In this document: positions 32,218 to 38,677 of the stretch, one piece after another | Numbering within the stretch: the first letter of the stretch is position 1 | How the letters are laid out: each line of letters starts with the position of its first letter | Origin: a virus | IMG/VR virus record: IMGVR_UViG_3300027419_000019 | Direction: 5' to 3' (one strand) | DNA: 38,677 nucleotides | Notes under the pieces: model-generated | Databases searched by the model: none | Seen by the model: only the letters and a program-made list of their open reading frames with translations | Told to the model about the DNA's origin: nothing | Made by a program: the position numbers and the translations under genes

Positions 32218-33201
32218 TCACCCGCAATGTTCCGCGAGAGAAGTCGTGCGGGGAACGGTCGCAGCAATGCCCTGGTTGATGCCCTGGGCGGAAGAGTGGG
32301 CGCCTGTCGCGGTCTCCTCGCCGTCGAGCTGCATCTGCCGGGCCCTCAGGACCGCACGGATCCGCTCGACCGCAACGGGCGAGTACCGGATCATCTTCTT
32401 CTCGGTCAGCCGGTGCGGGAAGAGCGGATAGTGCGAGAACACCTTGCCGGCGCCGATCTTCTCGCCAAGCGTCGTGAGGTGGTAGACTTTGTTGGCATAG
32501 ATGAGGATCTCCTGTTTCTCAAGGATGCGCTGGACCTCGATCTTGCTGAGATCCACCATGTCGGCGACCTTCTCCAGCGAGAAGTACTTGTCGAACTCGG
32601 GATCGCGGTCCTGCATGATGCAGTGCTCGCAGTGGTCCGCGGATGCTGGCAGGAGTGGCACGATGACCTCTTTTAGTTCAGCCGGCGCGTTGCTTGCCCC
32701 GTTCAGGACCGGGCCCTTGAACGGTCCCAGGATCTCCGGGTGCTTGTTGACCGCATCCTGCATGGCGAGTTTCCGGGCAACGGTCTTGTCATATCCATAC
32801 CCTTCGATCAGGATATCGGCGATTTGCCGGTTTTTTTGCAGGGTCTCAATCACTGGATCGGGTCCTGCGGATGGAAGGGCCGGGGCGGGCATTGCGGTCC
32901 GGTCGAACGTTTCCGCCCGGAACCGTGCGATACGCTGCGCCAGCTCGGGCCGGGTCGTTGCGTCCGGGCACATCAGGGAGAGAAAACGCCGCACGCCCTC
33001 CTCGGACAGGCAGAGGAGTGTCCTGGACCCGTTGTTCCCTTTGATGGTTTTACAGACTGTCAAGCCGGAAAGGGCGGGTTTGTTGGCCGGGCGGTTAATC
33101 AGCCGAGTTGCGGCGGACCTCGAGTACCCTACCTGCGTGCAGATGTCAGATACCGGGATGACCGGGCCGATGTCGGATTCGATAAGGCGAAGGCCGTTCA
33201 T
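32218..33201 (-). CDS. DNA-binding protein with a Bro-N/antirepressor-like N-terminus.
   Basis: 327 aa. …VIPVSDICTQVGYSRSAATRLI…TLLCLSEEGVRRFLSLM… resembles Bro-N/KilA-N type modules. A second HTH-like segment is …SLEKVADMVDLSKIEVQRILEKQ…. Confidence 0.4.
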   Translation of the reverse strand: MNGLRLIESDIGPVIPVSDICTQVGYSRSAATRLINRPANKPALSGLTVCKTIKGNNGSRTLLCLSEEGVRRFLSLMCPDATTRPELAQRIARFRAETFDRTAMPAPALPSAGPDPVIETLQKNRQIADILIEGYGYDKTVARKLAMQDAVNKHPEILGPFKGPVLNGASNAPAELKEVIVPLLPASADHCEHCIMQDRDPEFDKYFSLEKVADMVDLSKIEVQRILEKQEILIYANKVYHLTTLGEKIGAGKVFSHYPLFPHRLTEKKMIRYSPVAVERIRAVLRARQMQLDGEETATGAHSSAQGINQGIAATVPRTTSLAEHCG

Positions 33202-33416
33202 GGGCGATACACCCCATCACCCTCATTGAGCGATTCATCCAGCCATCGGGCCCGGGTGCTTCCCTTCATTGCATTGATGATCTCCTTCGCTGTGACCTCG
33301 TGATCGCAGACGCAGAAGTTCGTATCGTTTAGGAAGATCCGGTACTCTTTCTCACCCATGCCGGCATCCTGACGGTATATCTTCCACGGGGCAACATCAT
33401 AGACGAGCTCGCCCAA
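33198..33416 (-). CDS. Hypothetical protein.
   Basis: 72-aa ORF with a TTG start. Its stop overlaps the start of the downstream gene. Confidence 0.5.
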   Translation of the reverse strand: MGELVYDVAPWKIYRQDAGMGEKEYRIFLNDTNFCVCDHEVTAKEIINAMKGSTRARWLDESLNEGDGVYRP

Positions 33417-33717
33417 TGCGGCTATTCCGGGGGCAGCCGTTCACACCACCCCCTCACTGGCCCGCTGCTGCATCCGGTTCTCAGCAAAGCGGTCGAACCA
33501 GTAATTGATCATCGGAACGGTCGGGGCCTCCATGTACTGCTGCCAGAGCCAGTGGATGGCCTGATCTGCGGTGATCATCAGTTCACCTTCCTGCCGACAA
33601 GCACCGAGGGGCATGGCAAAACAAACGGGCCGACTTCGACGAGGCGATATCCGAAAAGAAGGGACGTTCTCCTGATGTTGAGAAAGATCCCGATGCCGGG
33701 TTCATATGCCAATTCCA

Positions 33718-34035
33718 TCATCCCACCGCCGGAAACGCTCGCCGGTCGTCCGCGATGATGTTCAGGACCTCCCGGAGCGTGGGGGCGGGTTGCCCCCTCA
33801 GGTACTCCTCCCGGAGATTCCCGAGGATGCCATACTCGCGGGTGAAGAACGTCCCGAACTCCTGCACCTGGACAGGCCGCTCAAGGACCTGCTCGACTGC
33901 CTTGTGGAACTCCGAGAATGGCATGCAGAGCCGGCGCTCGAAAAGCTGGAAGCGCACGACATCTGCGGGTGTCTTGCCTCTCCACCAGCCGGAGTTATAG
34001 AGCGCGATGGCCCGCTCTTCCGTGAGGGGCATCAT
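33718..34035 (-). CDS. Hypothetical protein.
   Basis: 105-aa ORF (MMPLTEERAIALYNSGWWRGKTPADVVRFQLFE…) overlapping the upstream gene by 4 nt. Confidence 0.6.
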   Translation of the reverse strand: MMPLTEERAIALYNSGWWRGKTPADVVRFQLFERRLCMPFSEFHKAVEQVLERPVQVQEFGTFFTREYGILGNLREEYLRGQPAPTLREVLNIIADDRRAFPAVG

Positions 34036-34310
34036 TCTGCTACCTCCGCGATTGTATACGGGACGAGGGAGAAATACTCCTCTCCGTCGTCTTCGTTAAT
34101 TCCGACCGGTATAACCTCGGCCCGCTTGTGGATCCGGCCCATCTCGACCATTTCGTCGCCTTCATATTCCCCACCGCAAACGCCGTCGTTAATCTGCTTG
34201 ATCAGTTTGTCAAAGGCAGCCTGCGCCTCGGTCTCAGAGAGATACGTAGTGAAGTCGCCCTCTGTTCGGTCATACACGAACCACATCTCAGGAAAAGGAA
34301 TGTTAAGCAC
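34032..34310 (-). CDS. Hypothetical acidic protein.
   Basis: 92-aa ORF with an 8-nt overlap with the upstream gene. Confidence 0.6.
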   Translation of the reverse strand: MLNIPFPEMWFVYDRTEGDFTTYLSETEAQAAFDKLIKQINDGVCGGEYEGDEMVEMGRIHKRAEVIPVGINEDDGEEYFSLVPYTIAEVAE

Positions 34311-34782
34311 CCCCGCCGTTAAGCCCCGATGCTGTGATCCCTGCTTCCGTGGCCTTCTTCGCGGCCTCTATGACCGAATCGACAGAGGTCTCGAAGCTCT
34401 GCCCGCTGCTGTTGTTCCCGAGCCGGCCAAGGTACAGGTCCACCATCGCTTTTAGGCAGCACTCGAACATGATCGCCTTTTCATTGCGGGGCATCTGCCA
34501 GGACTTGCCAGATCCTCCGCGCTGGTCCTTCGGGAACTTGTCCTTCCCCTCCTGCCAGTATGAGACGTTCTTGACGGTGCGGGAATCCGGATCATAAGTC
34601 ACGGTGAGATAGTACCCGACCTTCCACTTCTCCGATCCGTTCTTTATCATCACGACATCGAGCGGCTCTGTCCACTTGAACGGGTGCTCGGCCCCGGTCT
34701 CGTCCTTGATCCGGAAAGTTCGGGCCGGTGCGTCCATGAGGGTGCACTTGCCGTTCAGGGAAATGTCTTTGGCGTCAGACAT
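34303..34782 (-). CDS. Hypothetical protein. The beta-rich N-terminal half is a possible OB-fold / ssDNA-binding candidate.
   Basis: 159 aa. …FRIKDETGAEHPFKWTEPLDVVMIKNGSEKWKVGYYLTVTYDPDSRTVKNVSYWQEGK… is followed by a helical C-terminus and a Gly-rich tail. The functional guess is weak. Confidence 0.3.
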   Translation of the reverse strand: MSDAKDISLNGKCTLMDAPARTFRIKDETGAEHPFKWTEPLDVVMIKNGSEKWKVGYYLTVTYDPDSRTVKNVSYWQEGKDKFPKDQRGGSGKSWQMPRNEKAIMFECCLKAMVDLYLGRLGNNSSGQSFETSVDSVIEAAKKATEAGITASGLNGGGA

Positions 34783-35239
34783 CGCGCTTCACCACCTCAT
34801 ATGATATCCGGGGCTCGCCGGGCCGGTACAGGAACGACTCGAACACTGCCTTCTGCGGAATGGCCCTCTTGAGCTCGGCATGCGTGATCGCGGTCCCGAG
34901 CGTCCGGAACTGTTCGCGAACTCTCTCCACGAGGAAGAGGCGCTGCCATTTCTGGATCGTCTCGATGATTTCCGGCTTTTCTGCACGGAGTTTCTCGATA
35001 TCGACCTTCTGCACCGGGGGCGTCACCCTCGCGACGAGCCGGCAGAGGTCATCCTGCTCGATGTGATTGCTGACGGCGTATTCCATCAGGGTTAGACGCT
35101 GCGTGCTCAGCTCGGCGATCTGCTCATGGAGGGTGGCGATCTTCTGGTCGATGTAATAGACCTGCGTGAGCGGGTCCATGATGGCGACCGGGGGCAGCGG
35201 GTCTTCCCTCAGGGATTGCGTCTCTTCGCGGGCGTCCAT
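34775..35239 (-). CDS. Hypothetical coiled-coil protein (Gam / Sipho_Gp157-like architecture?).
   Basis: 154 aa. It has an N-terminal heptad helix (…IDQKIATLHEQIAELSTQRLTLMEYA…) then …VDIEKLRAEKPEIIETIQKW…. The similarity is by general layout only. Confidence 0.3.
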   Translation of the reverse strand: MDAREETQSLREDPLPPVAIMDPLTQVYYIDQKIATLHEQIAELSTQRLTLMEYAVSNHIEQDDLCRLVARVTPPVQKVDIEKLRAEKPEIIETIQKWQRLFLVERVREQFRTLGTAITHAELKRAIPQKAVFESFLYRPGEPRISYEVVKRDV

Positions 35240-35240
35240 C

Positions 35241-35582
35241 TCACTGCACCCCCGCCTTTTCCCTCAGGTATCCGATATTCCCTGACACCCGCAGGCAACC
35301 GGCAATCGCTCCGGCCGTGCCCCGCATGTCACATTCCTTACCGGGGCAGAGCTGGCCGCAGAAGTTCCGGATCTCGTTTAGGAGCTGGATGGTGACGAGG
35401 GGTTCGCTCTTCGGAGTTGCCCCACAATAATAGCAGACCCCCTCATCAAGCCGGTCCCGGTCATCCCTCAGCGGGCGGCCGCAGGACGAGCAATACAGTA
35501 AGGGCACCTCAGTGACGATGGGCCGGGGCCGCCCTACGTGGACGATCTCCATTGTAGCACCGGGTGCGGGTCCGTGAGCCAT
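35241..35582 (-). CDS. Zinc-ribbon protein carrying the shared Cys4 '…AGCL' module.
   Basis: MAHGPAPG…LLYCSSCGRPL…VCYYCGAT…FCGQLCPGKECDMRGTAGAIAGCLRV…. The start at 35582 forms a TGATG overlap with the upstream mini-ORF. The track ORF extends to 35768. Confidence 0.6.
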   Translation of the reverse strand: MAHGPAPGATMEIVHVGRPRPIVTEVPLLYCSSCGRPLRDDRDRLDEGVCYYCGATPKSEPLVTIQLLNEIRNFCGQLCPGKECDMRGTAGAIAGCLRVSGNIGYLREKAGVQ

Positions 35583-35713
35583 CACCAGTTCACCTCCCCG
35601 CAGCACCGATCGTACCGGGGGCACCGGTGCTCGATGCAGCGTTCGTGATAGCATGTCTCCACCAGAGTGACATCGGACGTTTCCGGGTTCTGCTGGATGC
35701 GGACGCGCTTCAT
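35582..35713 (-). CDS. 43-aa Cys-rich mini-ORF (below the track cutoff).
   Basis: Hand translation gives MKRVRIQQNPETSDVTLVETCYHERCIEHRCPRYDRCCGEVNW. It has an ATGA overlap upstream and a TGATG overlap downstream. Confidence 0.45.
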   Translation of the reverse strand: MKRVRIQQNPETSDVTLVETCYHERCIEHRCPRYDRCCGEVNW

Positions 35714-36060
35714 GATGCCACCAGGTCCCCGGCAACCGTGCCGAATGGTGTTGGCGTGTTAGCCGCAATCCTCGCGTTCAGGATGGCCAGCGCAGTCTCC
35801 GCGTCGATCAGCGGGTGGATGCGCTTTAGGGTCCGAACCTCAATGGCGTCGATCTCGTCACCACGGACGAGCTCGTTCCTGCCCGGCTGCGAGAAGTAAA
35901 AGATGCCGTCAACTTCCCTTACGAGCTCGAAGGAAAGCATTTTCAGGTCGTGATTCGATACTTTGCTGGCAGTCGCACCCTTCTCCTCGTTTCCAGCGGC
36001 GGAGAGGCTGCTGCCATCCTCACTTTTTGCTGATTCTGTTGATTGCTGCATGCTGACCAC
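35710..36060 (-). CDS. Hypothetical protein (start uncertain).
   Basis: 116-aa track ORF. The N-terminal 40 aa are low-complexity Ser/Ala/Glu and overlap the AbrB-like gene end. MLSFELVREVDGIFYFSQPGRNELVRGDEIDAIEV… is an alternative start at 35940. Confidence 0.55.
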   Translation of the reverse strand: MVSMQQSTESAKSEDGSSLSAAGNEEKGATASKVSNHDLKMLSFELVREVDGIFYFSQPGRNELVRGDEIDAIEVRTLKRIHPLIDAETALAILNARIAANTPTPFGTVAGDLVAS

Positions 36061-36208
36061 ATTCCTTTGACACTACAAGTGTTGTTCCTACACGATCCAT
36101 CTGGAGTTTGTCCCCGAAGGTCCACCCCAGTTCTCTGATCAGGCGCGAGGGAATTGTCGCCCTATGCGCCCCGTTCCCGACTTTTGTCAGTGTTGCTGAT
36201 TCAGTCAT
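36020..36208 (-). CDS. AbrB/SpoVT/MazE-type (swapped-hairpin) transcription regulator, first gene of the long minus-strand transcription unit.
   Basis: MTESATLTKVGNGAHRATIPSRLIRELGWTFGDKLQMDRVGTTLVVSK matches the AbrB-like pattern (v.vg..g.~~tIP..ir..lg...GD.l…). GAGGTGA lies 3 nt upstream of the ATG at 36208. The track ORF extends to 36301. Confidence 0.65.
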   Translation of the reverse strand: MTESATLTKVGNGAHRATIPSRLIRELGWTFGDKLQMDRVGTTLVVSKECGQHAAINRISKK

Positions 36209-36246
36209 AGTCACCTCTTGACGACTAGGTATTACCACGATAAAGG

Positions 36247-36260
36247 TATAAACTTTTCGG
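36247..36260 (-). promoter_or_regulatory. Candidate archaeal BRE/TATA promoter for the early operon.
   Basis: The minus strand reads CGAAAAG-TTTATA-CC, about 40 nt upstream of the AbrB-like ATG. That spacing leaves a short Shine-Dalgarno-containing leader. Confidence 0.4.
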
Positions 36261-36502
36261 GACTTGCTTGAAAAAGAGAGGAGTATTATTACCGCACGCA
36301 CAGCGGAGCCCGGACCCTGCGCCGGAACCCGGGGTCGGCCTTCGGGTACTCGGGTGTGGCGAAGACGCCTTTCCTGAGCTGCCGGATCGCTGCTCGGATG
36401 CTCTTGAGCTTCAGCATATGTGAGATATTTCTAACATTTGAAGTATTTAAAGTTTTTTTGAAATGTCCGCCCATGCCAGCGAGGTGCGGTAAAATAGCAG
36501 CC

Positions 36503-36512
36503 TTTTTATTTT
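36503..36512 (+). promoter_or_regulatory. Candidate TATA box for a (near-)leaderless acyltransferase transcript.
   Basis: CTTTTTATTT is centred about 30 nt upstream of the ATG at 36537, with no obvious SD in between. The region is an AT-rich divergent intergenic stretch. Confidence 0.35.
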
Positions 36513-36536
36513 TCCGATGGAACATTTTAACCTGCA

Positions 36537-37481
36537 ATGGCCCGTAAAAAGCAGGTAGTCGCTCCAACCCCCCATAAGGATCGGTTATTGTTCTTTGACC
36601 TTCTGAAGATCCTATTTATCGCCATAATCGTTTACGACCACTCGCAGCTCTTCATCCTCAGGGATTTTAATGGCCTGCTGTTCTCCGATGGCTGGAACTT
36701 CTATAATATTTATATCAACGGACTCACGGGAATCGCAGTTTACGGCATGTTTTTTATCAGCGGGGCGGTGCTGGAATACTCATATAAGAGAGTTGGCACA
36801 TGGGAGTCGTATTATACCTTCATTAAGAACCGTGTGACACGATTATATCCCGCGTTCTGGATGAGCTTGATCCTGGGTCTGGCGCTTGTCATAATTACGA
36901 ACGCATCCATCACGGCACAAATATTCGTAAGTTCCCTGCCGGACATCCTGTTTGAGTATACGGGGTACTATGTCCTTTTGAATCAGGGGCCGGGTCTCAT
37001 CAACAATATGAGCTGGTTTATCGCTGCAATCGTATCCATTTATCTTATTTTTCCCCTTGTCTCCGACACAGTCAGGAAGTACCGGATATATGCGATCGTC
37101 GCTTTTATGATCGTAAGCTTCAGCTTGCGGGTCCTCCTGCTCACTTATGCCGGAAGTATTCCGCAAGATCTTCTGTGGAGGTGGTTCCCCCTCTGCAACC
37201 TCTTCGAGTTCGGACTCGGGATCTATATCATACAAGCCGGGATTTACCCGAAGATCCCGAACACATCTACAGTCCTGCGGGAACTTGTCGATCTTAGCTT
37301 CTACGTCTTCCTCTTCCACATGATCGTAATCTGGAGCGTAATCCCGATACTGCCAAAAACAGGGCCGGAATACATCGGGGTTATTGCTTACTTCCTGATG
37401 ATGGCGGTGATGCTTGCGGTCTGTTGGATCGTGATGACGATCGATAAAAAAATCCAGAAGGGGCTCCGTCAATCCGGTTGA
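36537..37481 (+). CDS. Acyltransferase family 3 (integral-membrane O-acyltransferase).
   Basis: 314 aa with about 10 hydrophobic helices. The N-terminal signature LLFFDLLKILFIAIIVYDHSQL corresponds to the AT3 'D.lR..a...Vv..H' motif. Local GC is visibly lower than in the rest of the genome. Confidence 0.8.
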   Translation: MARKKQVVAPTPHKDRLLFFDLLKILFIAIIVYDHSQLFILRDFNGLLFSDGWNFYNIYINGLTGIAVYGMFFISGAVLEYSYKRVGTWESYYTFIKNRVTRLYPAFWMSLILGLALVIITNASITAQIFVSSLPDILFEYTGYYVLLNQGPGLINNMSWFIAAIVSIYLIFPLVSDTVRKYRIYAIVAFMIVSFSLRVLLLTYAGSIPQDLLWRWFPLCNLFEFGLGIYIIQAGIYPKIPNTSTVLRELVDLSFYVFLFHMIVIWSVIPILPKTGPEYIGVIAYFLMMAVMLAVCWIVMTIDKKIQKGLRQSG

Positions 37482-37627
37482 GCGAGCGGCTCCAGGAGGA
37501 CGACAGCGACCTTTTTACCAACCCATGCAATAGGGACGAACACTCTTCCAGAGTCCCCGCTGTTTTTCACTTCCTTCTCTAAAAAAGCATATCCCTCTAT
37601 ATTTAATTCCTGTTTTTTCAGCATCAT
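37469..37627 (-). CDS. DUF2080/AbrB-like archaeal mini-protein.
   Basis: MMLKKQELNIEGYAFLEKEVKNSGDSGRVFVPIAWVGKKVAVVLLE matches the archaeal DUF2080 pattern as I recall it (…K.V…GnSg.V.vP..W.Gk.V.V…). The track ORF extends to 37687. Confidence 0.5.
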   Translation of the reverse strand: MMLKKQELNIEGYAFLEKEVKNSGDSGRVFVPIAWVGKKVAVVLLEPLAQPD

Positions 37628-37645
37628 CACCCTGTAATAATCTAG

Positions 37646-37712
37646 CAATAATATGGCAATAAAATATAAATACCTAACCCGTATCACAATAATATGACAA
37701 TAAAATTGTCAT
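37646..37712. promoter_or_regulatory. Operator-like repeats in a divergent promoter region.
   Basis: A 20-bp direct repeat, CAATAATATGGCAATAAAAT (37646-37665) and CAATAATATGACAATAAAAT (37687-37706), matches at 19 of 20 positions. The second copy overlaps a perfect palindrome ATGACAAT-AAA-ATTGTCAT (37694-37712). Confidence 0.6.
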
Positions 37713-37721
37713 GAGTGAGGA

Positions 37722-38144
37722 TTGATGAAAAAGACTGTTATTGCCCTCATCGCGTTCTGGTTGATCGCGGTGATCGTTGCAGCTCCCGTAACTGCGGGTG
37801 ATTGCGTCGTACCTCCCGATGAATACTTCATCACCGATGGTCCACACAACGGCCAGCCGGTGCATGGTGGCCTGCAGCTCGGCTTTGTGTTCTGGACCTT
37901 TGACAATGGCCACAACCAGTATGCCGGAAGCCACTATCTTGGAATCACCGAGTATAAGCTGAAGGAGAGCCACGCGGAGCAGGAAAAGATCGCGATGGGT
38001 AAGCTCTGGTACTGCCAGACGATTCCGGATTTTCCTTACGATCCAATGTATCCGGAGCGCTGGGGCGCCCACGTCAGCGAGGATCCGTATGATTCAGAGT
38101 ACCTGAGTACTCAGGAGATGCGGGCGCGAGATGTCCCGGTTTGA
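37722..38144 (+). CDS. Secreted or membrane-anchored accessory protein of unknown function.
   Basis: 140 aa. The N-terminus KKTVIALIAFWLIAVIVAAPVTAGDC looks like a signal peptide, possibly with a lipobox-like Cys. GTGAGG lies upstream. The likely ATG is at 37725. Confidence 0.65.
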   Translation: MMKKTVIALIAFWLIAVIVAAPVTAGDCVVPPDEYFITDGPHNGQPVHGGLQLGFVFWTFDNGHNQYAGSHYLGITEYKLKESHAEQEKIAMGKLWYCQTIPDFPYDPMYPERWGAHVSEDPYDSEYLSTQEMRARDVPV

Positions 38145-38180
38145 TCCCCCTGCACGTTCCCTTTTTTTCAGGAGAGAAAA
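38145..38180. terminator. Convergent intergenic region with an oligo-T tract (candidate archaeal terminator).
   Basis: CCCTTTTTTTC (T7 at about 38162-38168) follows the plus-strand gene. The opposite strand reads AATTTTCTCTCC just after the fibre stop. Confidence 0.35.
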
Positions 38181-38677
38181 TTAGAATGGGCCGTAACCAT
38201 CTGCATTCCTGAACTGCACGAATACCAGGTCAGTCACGGCCGGAGTAGTCTCGGTGTAGAACCAGAGTATATCATCTACAGCCACGGTGATATCTACATC
38301 AGTGCCGTAGTTTCCTGCCGTGCCCCCCCCGAGCTGCGCCCCTGTACCATTGATGTAATAGGTGATGACTTTCCCTGTCTGGTCGCCACCCGACGCCCGG
38401 TTTTTCATGCGGATGTTGTATACTCCGGCCCGTTTGATGATCCCGCCAGCCATTTTTACATCTGTAGGATGCAAGAGGAGCGTTTCGCACTGGACCGTCC
38501 CAGTGACTGAACTTGTGGCGAATGCGTCAAGGACGTATTTCATAAATGTCAACACAGTCGTGCCGAAATTTGCAATTGTGGTGTTGGTCACGCGCCACGC
38601 CGTGCCCCCATTGACCGTCCCCCCCGTTACGGCAATGCTCGCCCCGAGCGCGAGTGCTGCTGATGTGAAATCTGCCG
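38181..38677 (-). CDS. Tail fibre / receptor-binding protein, C-terminal part (same ORF as 1-977 across the circular junction).
   Basis: Track ORF 38181..38591 starts inside the terminal repeat and is in frame with the ORF leaving position 1. The beta-rich C-terminus (…VITYYINGTGAQLGGGTAGNYGTDVDITV…) fits a fibre tip. It is the last gene of the tail operon. Confidence 0.7.
   Translation of the reverse strand, partial: ADFTSAALALGASIAVTGGTVNGGTAWRVTNTTIANFGTTVLTFMKYVLDAFATSSVTGTVQCETLLLHPTDVKMAGGIIKRAGVYNIRMKNRASGGDQTGKVITYYINGTGAQLGGGTAGNYGTDVDITVAVDDILWFYTETTPAVTDLVFVQFRNADGYGPF
38551..38677. repeat. Terminal direct repeat, copy 2 (equals 1-127).
   Basis: Same 127-nt string as the window start. 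The unique genome length is therefore 38550 bp. Confidence 0.95.

Noticed and set aside
33417-33717. A gap of about 300 nt that seems to hold one or two short minus-strand ORFs, for example one starting at the ATG at 33718 in a TGATG overlap and one beginning MITADQAIHWLWQQYMEAP….
   Set aside because: My hand reading of homopolymer runs here disagreed by one base with the frame implied by the supplied ORF track (33552-33758). I therefore cannot fix frames or coordinates reliably. It needs an automated small-ORF call.
36289-36567. 92-aa minus-strand ORF spanning the AT-rich divergent intergenic region upstream of the AbrB-like gene.
   Set aside because: It overlaps the start and promoter of the acyltransferase gene and the predicted early promoter. 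Its composition is basic and low-complexity, so it is probably not coding. A short C-terminal peptide cannot be excluded.
1-38677. A search for CRISPR arrays, a diversity-generating retroelement (reverse transcriptase plus TR/VR pair near the fibre gene), integrase/att sites, rRNA and tRNA genes.
   Set aside because: I saw no spaced identical repeats of CRISPR type, no reverse-transcriptase-like ORF or duplicated fibre-tip segment, no tyrosine or serine recombinase motifs, and no cloverleaf-compatible sequences.

Overview
The window is a complete, circularly closed genome of about 38.55 kb from a head-tail (HK97-type) virus. It is almost certainly archaeal, and the roughly 58-60% GC suggests a non-halophilic euryarchaeal or methanogen host. 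The first 127 nt (1-127) are repeated exactly at 38551-38677, and one ORF (the tail fibre) reads straight through that junction. Almost every gene is on the minus strand, in one long, tightly packed transcription direction with many ATGA, GTGA and TGATG start/stop overlaps.

Reading the minus strand from about 36208 downward:
- (i) An early module opens with an AbrB/SpoVT-like regulator.
- (ii) A replication and DNA-metabolism module (about 35800-21400) holds a ParB-like nuclease-domain protein, a wHTH protein, an HNH-like protein and a 1138-aa Cys-rich protein. That large protein carries a beta-class DPPY DNA methyltransferase domain and a DUF6884/YaaA-like C-terminal domain. The module also holds an archaeal PCNA, a SplB-like radical-SAM enzyme, a GINS-like protein and about 17 small CxxC zinc-ribbon proteins.
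- (iii) A packaging module holds an HhH-GPD-like protein, TerS, TerL, portal and an SPP1 gp7-like head morphogenesis protein.
- (iv) A head module holds a protease/scaffold, a decoration-like protein and the major capsid protein.
- (v) Connector, neck and tail genes include a chaperone pair with an A_AAA_AAC -1 frameshift site, the tape measure, Dit-like and Tal/Gp37-like proteins, and the fibre.

There are two plus-strand insertions. One is a small RHH-led cassette (13060-13692) that splits the morphogenesis genes. The other is a lower-GC accessory island (36300-38180) with an acyltransferase-3 membrane protein, a DUF2080/AbrB-like mini-protein and a secreted protein.

Noncoding structure includes an origin- or centromere-like AT-rich region with inverted 12-mers (30450-30762), a 9-bp tandem array (21337-21390), operator-like repeats (37646-37712) and a 410-bp spacer upstream of the packaging genes.

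I recognised no polymerase, primase, helicase, integrase, tRNA, CRISPR array or reverse transcriptase. All functional calls rest on motifs and gene order read by eye; no database search was run.
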